Source: Macrostomum hystrix
Lineage: Eukaryota > Animalia > Platyhelminthes
Direction of reading: 5' to 3'
Assembly (NCBI GenBank): GCA_950097015.1
Contig: CATNEN010000030.1
Location: forward strand, 868,001 to 932,000
Length of the DNA: 64,000 nt
The notes below the pieces were generated by a model, which was given only the letters and a program-made list of their open reading frames with translations, searched no databases and was not told where the DNA came from. Both the position numbers and the translations under genes were made by a program. Below are positions 33,741-45,800 of this stretch, one piece after another. Within the stretch, counting starts at the first letter, position 1, and each line of letters begins with the position of its first letter.

Positions 33741-35701
33741 ATGCAGCTAAAGAATGGAGCCTGGAAGTTGCCACTGTACACAAGCGCACAGTTTGCCCTG
33801 GCCATCCTAGCAACCGTTGCCAGCCTGGCTGTCACTCTCGACAGTGCCGATTGGCTGGAAGTTGCCTGCAGCTTCGGCAACGTCAAAACGGGCAACTCGA
33901 GCCGCCTGGCTGTCGGCTCGCGAGGTCTGCGGCCCCTGCCAGGCTGGCCAACCCTGACCGTCGCCTGTGGCGTCGACTTTGTCAGCGGCAGCCATGCAGG
34001 TGAGCGGAGACTGCAAAAGCAGGGGCTTATATAGGAAATTAGAGCAGCGCGCTGATTGGCCAGGGAAGGGAGGTGGGGCAGGCGTGCATAAAATCAAATC
34101 TGAGCCTGGACGAGGATGCACTTTCGCTGATTGGCCAGCGAAGGAGGTGAGGTGGGGCAGGTGTACACAAAATCAAATGAGCATGGAAGAGCATGCACTT
34201 TCGCCGATTGGCCAGCGAAGGAGGTGAGGTGGGGCGTGTGGACATATAGCCTAATCTGAGCCTTTAATCTGACAAGGATGCACTTTTGAGTCTTTCTTAT
34301 AGATGTCTATGCCATAGACGAAATGTCACTGGTTTGAAGTGTAAAATTACACTTCAGAATCAGCCGCCTGGACGGCGGTCAGCTGGCTGCTGGTGGCCTC
34401 TTGCGTGACTTCAAGCGCCTCGCTGGTGCTGCTGGTTCTGGGCAGTAGCCTGGCGGCGCACCGTCGACGGGCCTCGTTCTGCTGGCTGCCCGTGGCCTTC
34501 CTCGTCTTGGACCTCGTCAGTGGTGAGTTATTAGCTACTGATAGTAGAAAGTACGACAAATGACGCTATAAATTTATGTTTTTGCAACAAGTTCAATAAA
34601 AAAAGTATGCTGAAGCTTAACAGTAGGACTACCAAGTCATTTTGCCGCCTGTTTTTATACCAAGGGAGGAATTCCGAATCTTTTTTGCATCCCCTGAGTG
34701 CTAACAGCGTTGGGTGGTGACTGATTGGTTGACAGACTAGACGATGGTGTACTGTGGTTGAGCTGCGCCTAATTTTTAGGCTTGATCAGTGAAATTGTAA
34801 AAAAATCGCGTCAGAGTGTCCATAGTGGCCTATTTTCACCTGTTGTAGCCCTTGAAGGTAGGTGACAAACGAAGACGGAGATGATGCAGGCACATTCGGG
34901 TGACATGCTGATAAATTTTGAAGGTTGTATGAAATACAGTAGCCCATATGGGAAAATCCGACCTTCGGCCAGAACCATTGAATATCTCGACGGTCTGAAG
35001 AGCTGGCGACTTGATTCTTGTTTTAGAAGATGCGCAAAAAGTTGGCCCGTGTTCTTGAGTTTCGCTTTTGGAAGTTCTACAGCTAATCTAGCTTTATCGA
35101 GGATTCGAACCAAGGATCACCGTAGCGGAATCAAACTTACTCCTATAAGTTTCGGTATCTAGGCGTTGCTGCCTGCATCAAAATTCACTCCCAACTTTCC
35201 TTGCAGCTGCTCTACTCTGCTGCGTAGTCGTCATCGCTGGTGTCAGCTCCGCCCGCATCGCAAAGTTCCGTTCGGTCCGCCCGACTGCGCTCGCCGGATC
35301 GACCTTCCCGCCGCAGTTGGCCGCAGTGGTCGCCGCCGCGGTCGCCTGCGTCGCCGGAGCCGTCGCGCTGCCGTTTCGGCGAGTTTTCCTAGCCAGTCGG
35401 GCCTACGACGTGGCACTGGCAGCAACCGCGGCGGCAGCGTCGTCTTCATCGTCGTCAACTTCCTCAGGGCGCGATGGCGGCGGCGGCGTCTGCCCGCGGC
35501 AAGTCGGCAACCATATCGTCAGGAGCCAGCGCCTACCAAGCTGGCGAATGCGTAGACGACTGCATCTGCGAGGTAATTGCCTCAGTCGGCGACAATCTAG
35601 GCAGCGACACCTACGAAGAGTGCGGAGCCGGCCAGCAAGGCTGGGACAACTGCGGCATGGATACTCGATTGGGATTTGTGGATAGTTCTGCGGCGGCGTG
35701 A
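33741..35701 (+). CDS. Claudin/PMP22-like multi-pass membrane protein; 3' end ambiguous because of an apparent frameshift
   Basis: Exons 33741-33999, 34358-34522 and from 35207, both introns phase 1, GT-AG. Hydrophobic segments AQFALAILATVASLAV, WLLVASCVTSSASLVLLVLG, FCWLPVAFLVLDLVSAALLCCVVVIAG; W and Cys residues in the first loop. The spliced frame stops at 35685, but an alternative GC3-rich frame stops at 35701. Confidence 0.6.
34045..34245. repeat. Three ~75 bp tandem units, each with a CCAAT box (GATTGGCC) and GGTGGGGC, in the claudin-like intron 1
   Basis: Direct inspection. Confidence 0.8.
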
Positions 35702-36329
35702 TCCTTTGCTCCCATTCTCATGTCCCACTACCTGTCAGTGTGCACTTTTCAGATCCGGTTTGATCCGGTTATCTTCTGATTATTTTTGTACATTCACTTT
35801 GGAGAATTCGATCATCTGATTCGATTGGACTTGCAAAGTGAAATTGTTAATTTTTCAGACAATTTTGAACGCAATCAAATTTGTTATTCCGTATTCGCAC
35901 AAAATTCTCCAAAATAGATTGTTCGTGTGCTTTAAGAAATAACTCAATGTGATATTAAGCCTTTGTTTTCTTGTAAAAAAACAAATACGAAATATTTAGA
36001 TTTAGCATACAACAATTAACTGTTTTTATGACAAATAAATCAGTTTATGTATTTTGCACTTTTTATAACGAGTAATAAGCTGATAGCAGGCTTAAATTTA
36101 TTTCAATTTAATCCAGTACTGTTTATCATGCAAAATAATAGTTAGTACGTGAAAGACATGAAACAAAATATTGTTTTGTACGGATACAAATTCAATTGGT
36201 AGTTAACAAAACAACATAGAAATCATTGTACAAAAATGTACAACATAAAAGCACTCAAATAACCGCAAAAAAAGTCCATGCGGTGAAATCCAGTCACAAT
36301 GTACGATGCCCTATGTACAATCGTACAGT

Positions 36330-36500
36330 ACACCCAGCCAATAAGCGCAGTCGAACACAAGCCTCAATGTACACTAACCATCGCCCAGCCAATCAGCGCA
36401 GTCGAACACAAGCCTCAACGTACACTAACCATCGCCCAGCCAATCATCGCAGTCGAACACAAGCCTCAATGTACACTCGCTACCGCACAGTCAATCAGTG
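36330..36500. repeat. Three ~51 bp tandem units (CAGCCAATCAGCGCAGTCGAACACAAGCCTCAA...)
   Basis: Direct inspection; lies between two convergent genes. Confidence 0.85.
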
Positions 36501-36526
36501 CAATTGAATTCAACAGTTGATTTAAA

Positions 36527-38748
36527 TCAGTCGAAGTCAGTCTCGGGCACCTCCAGCAGATCAGGCAGTGAGACGCCAGCCGCAGCGGCTTCGACAAGTG
36601 CGTCGTCGGCGGCCTCCTCATCGGTGGCCACCACGGCAGCGAAGTGACGCAGAGAGGAGAGCAGCAGGCGACGGGAGGTGATAGCGGCGGCTTTATCGGC
36701 GAATCGGCGCACAGCCAAAGTCAGATCGTCAGCTGGCAGCAGGCGAGGCCACGCAGTCAGCACGTTGGAGACGAAGGCGCTAGTTAGAAAGTGCAATGAC
36801 TGACTATCTGCGGCAAGCCAACTCTCAGTTGATGGCGGCGGATGCGGCGGTAGAGTCGGCGGATGAGGCAGGGAAGTCAGAATCGGAGCCTGAGGCAATG
36901 CGGGCGGGAAGAGCTCGGCAAAGAGTTCGATGGATTCCGCTGATAAAAGTACACTGAGAGAGTCGGCCCGGTCGTGCACAAGTTCGAAGGCGTCCAAGCG
37001 CTGTAAGAGCTCCTCGGCATTTGCTGGACTGTACAAGATGTAATAGAATCGGCGAAACAGTGACAGAGACTCGGACGGCTCCACTAGCAGCATTGACAGC
37101 CATTGGCCTTCGATAACTCGCCGACCGAATGCCCGCAAATACTCGGCTGTTGGCGAGGCCGAAGACAAGTCGCAGACGGGAGCGGCTGCGTCGGCGGAGG
37201 CGGCGGCACCGGCGGAGGCTGAGACGGCGGCGTCGGCAGCTTTAATAGCTCCGCGGAGCATTGCGGAGATGCGTTCAGGATCGGCCCGATATCGATGCAG
37301 AGCGGAGGCGAAGGCCGTCAGCTCCTGGCGCAGCTGCGGATGTCGACGAGCCAGATGGCCAAGACAGATGTCGATGTCAGCGGCGCCGTTAGACCGTCGA
37401 TTTTGCTTAAGATAACGCCGACGCGCGCTAGCGAAGTCAGCATACCCTGGCAGGCGGCCATCGTCGTTGTCATCAACGTCGATGTCGACGTCGATTGTGT
37501 CAGCGTCGCGACTCTTGGCCGCAGGTGGCTGTTTGCCGCGGCACTGATACCAGGCTGCCATGGCTCGACGCGGCGTCATGCCCCGCCCTCCGGCCAGAGT
37601 TCTAATCTCGCGCTGAGTCTCAGGTCCGAGGCGGTCGCAGCGGCCGGCCTCGCACTGGTTGCTATGGTCGCCGCGCAATGTGACCTGGGAACCGGCGGAC
37701 GGTTCAAACCAATCTACTCACTTATAAAATAGATAATCTTAATCTAAACACACGGGGGTAAGTGGCAGAGCGGTTTGCCGCTCGCACCAAGGTCCCTGAG
37801 TTCGAATCCGCAAAGCGGCCACTTAAATTTGGGACGCGGCGCCGGACTAACGACTAAAGGTCGAGGGTTCGATTCCCGACAACACTGTAACAATTTGCGT
37901 CATCTAGCAAGACACATAGAATGCTCCTAAATGAGCGTGGGTGTGACGCTACCCCAGTCCATGGACTGAAAAGCCGTACGCGCGGCTGTGCTGTCGGTCC
38001 GATTGGGGCAGGTGTAAGCAATCATTATTATTAATTAACAGTAGAAACACCACGCTATTTTTACCCTGGGGAAAGACAATGGGGGGCATATCAAAAACGA
38101 ATGACTGATTTTAGTAAAAGTCCACCATCTGAATCTAAGTTTTCCGCCATTTACGATGGACTAACTTTCAAAGCCGTCCGATGTCAGCATCGTTTAGACA
38201 TTCAGCAATTCTTGTCGAAGACCCTGGTAACAAGGATAACTAACATGTGGTTTTGCTACCAGACACCCCGACGAGAATCGTAAATAGGTAGTAAATATGA
38301 CAGTAAATAGGTAGGATTATTGGCGCACCTGGCACACAGCGGGCGCATCTGAAGCGTTGGGCGTTGGATCAGAGGACGCCACCAGGGCGGCATCCGGCCG
38401 GCTGGTACTGAGCAGTCGGACAGTCAGACGGAAACTGCAACCGGCGGCGCATCCGAACTCCAAACGGTGCAGAGCTCTGGGCCTGGCTGCTCGACTGCGG
38501 TAGGTCTTGACAGGTACGAGCAGGGCGCGCGAGGCCAGCTGATAGTCGCGAATCCATCGCTTGGCTGCGGCCAGATCCGATACGCCAGACACGTACACAC
38601 AGACTGCGGCGACCCGGCTGTCGAGTTTCTCGCGTTGTCGTCCGCGACCAGACGCCGGCTCGGGCGCCAGCGAATGCGAATAGCCGGGTGGCAAAGCGAG
38701 AGCGTCCTTATTTGGGGATTTGACATTTGAGCATGAAGGTAGCTTGAG
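36527..38748 (-). CDS. Orphan spliced gene with a MULE-transposase-like N-terminal zinc-ribbon/HTH region; start not resolved
   Basis: Exons 38748-38329 and 37684-36527 join in phase 0 (CAG|GTGCGC ... TTCCCAG|GTC), giving about 525 uninterrupted codons. Motif KRWIRDYQ...VKTYRS...FGCAAGCSFRLTV...VTLRGDHSNQC...RLGPETQREIRTL...GMTPRRA. Confidence 0.65.
37755..38035 (+). mobile_element. Chimeric SINE: family-2 tRNA-like head joined to a family-1 body and tail
   Basis: 37755-37830 matches 56665-56745; 37840-38035 matches 28640-28930; two B boxes (GTTCGAATCC, GTTCGATTCC). Confidence 0.75.
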
Positions 38749-38789
38749 CTAATTACCGAATTCTAACCTGAGCAGACCTGCTCAAACTG

Positions 38790-41135
38790 TATCCCTGTAT
38801 GACAGAATAATTATGATATGAGCAGAACTGCTCAAACTGTTTCCCTGTATGACAGTAAATTCATGATATGAGCAGAACTGCTCAAACTGTTTCCCTGTAT
38901 AACTGTATAATAATTATATGAGCAGAACTGCTCAAACTGTTTCCCTGTATACTGTATGAAGTAATCCTGATATGAGCAGAACTGCTCAAACTGTTTCCCT
39001 GTATGACAGTAAATTCCTGATATGAACAGAACTGCTCAAACTGTATCCCTGTGTGACAGTAAATTCCTGATATGAGCAAAACTGCTCAAACTGTATCCCT
39101 GTATGACAGAATAATTATGATATGAACAGAACTGCTCAAACTGTATCCCTGTGTGACAGTAAATTCCTGATATGAACAGAACTGCTCAAACTGTATCCCT
39201 GTATGACAGTAAATTCATGATATGAGCAGAACTGCTCAAACTGTATCCCTGTGTGACAGTAAATTCCTGATATGAAGCAGAACTGCTCTAACTGTATCCC
39301 TGTGTGACAGTAAATTCCTGATATGAGCAGAACTGCTCAAACTGTATCCCTGTGTGACAGTAAATTCCTGATATGAGCAGAACTGCTCAAACTGTATCCC
39401 TGTGTGACAGTAAATTCCTGATATGAACAGAACTGCTCAAACTGTATCCCTGTATGACAGTAAATTCCTGATATGAACAGAACTGCTCAAAACTGTATCC
39501 CTGTATGACAGAATAATTATGATATGAACAGAACTGCTCAAACTGTATCCCTGTGTGACAGTAAATTCCTGATATGAACAGAACTGCTCAAACTGTATCC
39601 CTGTGTGACAGTAAATTCCTGATATGAACAGAACTGCTCAAACTGTATCCCTGTATGACAGTAAATTCCTGATATGAACAGAACTGCTCAAACTGTATCC
39701 CTGTATGACAGAATAATTATGATATGAACAGAACTGCTCAAACTGTATCCCTGTGTGACAGTAAATTCCTGATATGAACAGAACTGCTCTAACTGTATCC
39801 CTGTGTGACAGTAAATTCCTGATATGAACAGAACTGCTCAAACTGTATCCCTGTATGACAGTAAATTCCTGATATGAACAGAACTGCTCAAACTGTATCC
39901 CTGTATGACAGAATAATTATGATATGAACAGAACTGCTCAAACTGTATCCCTGTGTGACAGTAAATTCCTGATATGAACAGAACTGCTCAAACTGTATCC
40001 CTGTGTGACAGTAAATTCCTGATATGAACAGAACTGCTCTAACTGTATCCCTGTGTGACAGTAAATTCCTGATATGAACAGAACTGCTCAAACTGTATCC
40101 CTGTGTGACAGTAAATTCCTGATATGAGCAAAACTGCTCAAACTGTATCCCTGTATGACAGTAAATTCCTGATATGAACAGAACTGCTCAAACTGTATCC
40201 CTGTATGACAGTAAATTCCTGATATGAACAGAACTGCTCAAACTGTATCCCTGTATGACAGAATAATTATGATATGAACAGAACTGCTCAAACTGTATCC
40301 CTGTGTGACAGTAAATTCCTGATATGAACAGAACTGCTCTAACTGTATCCCTGTGTGACAGTAAATTCCTGATATGAACAGAACTGCTCAAACTGTATCC
40401 CTGTGTGACAGTAAATTCCTGATATGAACAGAACTGCTCAAACTGTATCCCTGTATGACAGTAAATTCCTGATATGAACAGAACTGCTCAAACTGTATCC
40501 CTGTATGACAGAATAATTATGATATGAACAGAACTGCTCAAACTGTATCCCTGTGTGACAGTAAATTCCTGATATGAACAGAACTGCTCAAACTGTATCC
40601 CTGTGTGACAGTAAATTCCTGATATGAACAGAACTGCTCAAACTGTATCCCTGTGTGACAGTAAATTCCTGATATGAACAGAACTGCTCTAACTGTATCC
40701 CTGTGTGACAGTAAATTCCTGATATGAGCAGAACTGCTCAAACTGTATCCCTGTGTGACAGTAAATTCCTGATATGAGCAGAACTGCTCAAACTGTATCC
40801 CTGTGTGACAGTAAATTCCTGATATGAACAGAACTGCTCAAACTGTATCCCTGTATGACAGAATAATTATGATATGAACAGAACTGCTCAAACTGTATCC
40901 CTGTGTGACAGTAAATTCCTGATATGAGCAGAACTGCTCAAACTGTTTCCCTGTATGACAGAATAATTATGATATGAGCAGAACTGCTCAAACTGTATCC
41001 CTGTATGACAGAATAATTATGATATGAGCAGAACTGCTCAAACTGTTTCCCTGTATAACTGTATAATAATTATATGAGCAGAACTGCTCAAACTGTTTCC
41101 CTGTATAACTGTATAATAATTATATGAGCAGAACG
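38790..41135. repeat. Minisatellite, 50 bp unit (GATATGAACAGAACTGCTCAAACTGTATCCCTGTGTGACAGTAAATTCCT), ~47 copies
   Basis: Tandem copies with a recurring GAATAATTAT variant. Confidence 0.97.
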
Positions 41136-41714
41136 GTTTAAACTAAGGTGCTCTAAATTGTTTAGTATAAAAATAGAATAACGAGGCTAAATCCATTAGT
41201 CAAAATAATGAATAAACTCACATCTCACATCTCACATTGTAGTATATTTCAGTACATCTGCACTCTAAATTGAACATCAAGCATTTAATTTTAACTAACT
41301 TTCATCAAAAGTGCACTTTTAGAATAAGACAAAAATGAAAAAAGTAAATAATTAACATATAGTTTTTTACTAATATAATGAATAAATAATGCAGCACTTA
41401 CTACTAGAACTGAAGCAGATATCGCTCAATAAATATTTGCTTGTAAATTAATATGAATTTATAAATGTTGTGGAATACAAAAAAGCAGAAAACAAAAAAA
41501 CACAAAAACTGTCATTTAGTAAACATTTAGATTAATCCAATAGTGTCAATCAAATGGAGCTCTGAATAAACAAAATCAAAACAATGCAGTTGAATTTCTT
41601 GATTTGTTGAATAGCAGGTTACATTTTTATTAGGCGATTAACTACAAAAAAGGACTCTTAGTGGAATAATTATGAATGATGGTAGATGCTTCTGAGATTG
41701 TGTAGATATTGAGG

Positions 41715-42470
41715 GTTTGGACTGTGATGATTCAGGGTTTGGGTAGATGATTCAGGGTTTGGGTAAATGATTCAGGCTTTGGACTGATGATTCAGGGTTT
41801 TGATTGGTGATTCAGGGTTAGAACTGATGATTCATGAATTGGACTGATGATTCATGGATTGGGTAGATGATTCATGGCTCGGATTGATGATTCAGGGATT
41901 GAGTAGATGATTCAGGGATTGGGTAGATGATTCATGGCTCGGATTGATGATTCATGGCTCGGATTGATGATTCAGGGATTGAGTAGATGATTCAGGGATT
42001 GGGTAGATGATTCATGGTTTGGATTGATGATTCAGGGATTGAGTAGATGATTCATGGTTTGGATTGATGATTCAGGGATTGGGTAGATGATTCATGGCTC
42101 GGATTGATGATTCAGGGATTGAGTAGATGATTCATGGTTTGGATTGATGATTCAGGGATTGGGTAGATGATTCATGGTTTGGATTGATGATTCAGGGATT
42201 GAGTAGATGATTCAGGGATTGGGTAGATGATTCATGGTTTGGATTGATGATTCAGGGATTGAGTAGATGATTCATGGTTTGGATTGATGATTCAGGGATT
42301 GAGTAGATGATTCATGGTTTGGATTGATGATTCAGGGATTGGGTAGATGATTCATGGTTTGGATTGATGATTCAGGGTTTGGTTAGATGATTCATGGTTT
42401 GGATTGATGATTCAGGGTTTGGATTGGTGATTCAGGGTTTGGACTGATCTGATGATTCAGGGTTTGGGTA
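41715..42470. repeat. Minisatellite, 20 bp units (GATGATTCAGGGATTGGGTA / GATGATTCATGGTTTGGATT)
   Basis: Tandem copies with alternating variants. Confidence 0.95.
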
Positions 42471-42873
42471 GATTATTCAGTCGCAGACGCAGGTGTACGT
42501 TTCAAGCGAAATAAAAAAGGACTTAAGACGAGAAGTCAAAAAACAGATTAAATGACCAGCAAACCAACACCGCATAAAAAATGAATTTATCAGAAAGCTG
42601 GACAGTCCGCAACTAAACCTTCTATAACATAAGAGGTTTATAAAACCAGCTGAAAGAGCAGACTTATTGTTTCATTTTTCTGCCAATATACGCTTAAGCC
42701 TACTTACAGTAGATGAAGTCTGATATTTGTCTCAAATAAAATATATAATTAAATATTAGAGACGAAAAATCCTCGAATGCTTCAGTTGGCACTAAAAGAA
42801 GAATCTCAGACTCTTGAAACAGGATTTAAACTGGTCCTGACAAAGTTATTCTTTAATTTGATTGTCGTTTGTT

Positions 42874-45800
42874 TCAGACGTCTGGAAAAATAATGCCACT
42901 CAGGCTAGAGATCAGGGGTCTACACAAATGCCTGTATGTTATCCTGCCAGTTAAATAGAGCAGAAACAGGCTGCCCCCAATAAGACTGTATTTGGCTGTA
43001 CGCCAGAACAATCTCTCGGTTAGGGGAGTCGGCGGTACAATCATGCAGTCACCAAGGATGGCGGGATCCGCTGCTGTTGGCCAATAGGCTCTAATCCCTG
43101 TTTTGTGACCGAAGCCAACAACGGCCACGTTCACCTGCCGGATTAGGAAAATATTTACCTATTAATAACATGCGGATGATGTTTTAAAGCATGCAGTTTA
43201 AGTGCGTTAATATTATACATGTAAAGGATTAGCAGCCAATCAAATATGATCAATTGAAAGGATAAGCAGCCAATCAAATATGATCAATTGAAAGGATTAG
43301 CAGCCAATCAAATGTGATCGATTGAAAGGATAAGCAGCCAATCAAATATGATCAATTGAAAGGATTAGCAGCCAATCAAATGTGATCGATTGAAAGGATT
43401 AGCAGCCAATCAAATATGATCGATTAAAAGGATTAGCAGCCAATCAAATATGATCGATTGAAAGGATTAGCAACCAATCAAATATGATCAATTGAAAGGA
43501 TTAGCAGCCAATCAAATATGATCAATTGAAAGGATAAGCAGCCAATCAAATATGATCAATTGAAATGATAAGCAGCCAATCAAATATGATCGATTGAAAT
43601 GATAAGCAGCCAATCAAATATGATCAATTGAAAGGATTAGCAGCCAATCAAATGTGATCGATTGAAAGGATAAGCAGCCAATCAAATATGATCAATTGAA
43701 AGGATTAGCAGCCAATCAAATGTGATCGATTGAAAGGATTAGCAGCCAATCAAATATGATCGATTAAAAGGATTAGCAGCCAATCAAATATGATCGATTG
43801 AAAGGATTAGCAACCAATCAAATATGATCAATTGAAAGGATTAGCAGCCAATCAAATATGATCAATTGAAAGGATAAGCAGCCAATCAAATATGATCAAT
43901 TGAAAGGATAAGCAGCCAATCAAATATGATCAATTGAAAGGATTAGCAGCCAATCAAATATGATCAATTGAAAGGATTAGCAGCCAATCAAATATGATCG
44001 ATTAAAAGGATTAGCAGCCAATCAAATATGATCGATTGAAAGGATTAGCAGCCAATCAAATATGATCGATTGAAAGGATTAGCAGCCAATCAAATATGAT
44101 CAGTTGAAAGGATTAGCAGCCAATCAAATATGATCGATTGAAAGGATTAGCAGCCAATCAAATATGATCGATTGAAAGGATTAGCAGCCAATCAAATATG
44201 ATCGATTGAAATGATAAGCAGCCAATCAAATATGATCGATTGAAATGATAAGCAGCCAATCAAATATGATCGATTGAAAGGATTAGCAGCCAATCAAATA
44301 TGATCGATTGAAATGATAAGCAGCCAATCAAATATGATCGATTGAAATGATAAGCAGCCAATCAAATATGATCGATTGAAAGGATTAGCTGCCAATCAAA
44401 TATGATCGATTGAAAGGATTAGCAGCCAATCAAATATGATCAATTGAAAGGATTAGCAGCCAATCAAATATGATCGATTGAAAGGATTAGCTGCCAATAA
44501 AATATGATCGATTGAAAGGATTAGCAGCCAATCAAATATGATCAATTGAAAGGATTAGCTGCCAATCAAATATGATCGATTGAAAGGATTAGCAGCCAAT
44601 CAAATATGATCGATTGAAAGGATTAGCTGCCAATAAAATTATAGATTTAAAATTATGAATCGAAAAGGCAATTTGACAGTCGCATGATCGGTTAAATGGA
44701 ATATTAGCTAATTATGTTATTTTTAAGCTTTAACCGGCAATTACATTTTTAAAAAGACTCACTGAAGGCATTCCAGGAAAAAGAGGCCTGCACAGATTGC
44801 GGAACTGGTGAGCCATGTACCGATCTCGTTCGTCGACGATAACTTCGCGCAGCTCAGGAAATGTGGCGCCCAATTCAGCCAGTAACTGCTCCAGCAGGTC
44901 TTTGTCTTTGAACATTTCAATCTGCTCTTTGGTGATCGCGTCCATGCTAAATATTAGGCTATAGGCCAGGCGCAGCTTGCCAAATAGGGACAGCTTGCTG
45001 AGGGTGCGCTGGATTGTGATGCGAATCGACCGGTCTTTCAGTAGGATCTGCGAGGGTCGGGCGGCTCAGAGAATGCTGATAATTGTATGAATTCATCATG
45101 GGATGGATTGAAGATTGATAAGAATCAATGAAAAGTAGCTTGAATATTGATGAGGAGTTAAGAGAGGTAATTTGAAGATTGATAAGGATCACTCAGGAGT
45201 AGCTTGAAGATTGATAAGGATCAATCAGGAGTAGCTTGAAGATTGATAAGGATCACTCAGGAGTAGCTTGAAGATTGATAAGGATCAATCAGGAGTAGCT
45301 TGAAGATTGATAAGGATCACTCAGGAGTAGCTTGAAGATTGATAAGGATCACTCAGGAGTAGCTTGAAGATTGATAAGGATCAATCAGGAGTAGCTTGAA
45401 GATTGATAAGCAGGAATGAGAAGTAGATTGAAGATTGATAAGCAGGAATGAGAAGTAGATTGAAGATAAATAAGCATGAATATTGACCAAGTTTCAATGA
45501 GAAGTACATAAATTCACCTCGCAGAACGGTAGGCCTCTGGCTTCGTCAACGGCCGCTCGAAATTCACCGCCGGGCAGCAGGCCAATCTGGTCCATGATGC
45601 AGGCGCTCAGACGGCCCATTAGATAGTGCATGATGGCGCCCGACCAGCCTAGAGACCGGGCATTCCTGGGCGAATCAATGCCGTATTTAAACTTATTGGA
45701 TGTTGAAGCGAGTTTTCTAAGTATTTCGAAAACTGTGACGGTCAATTATAGGTAGCTCGAGGATTGTGAAGGTCTATTGTAGGTAGCTCGAGGATTGTGA

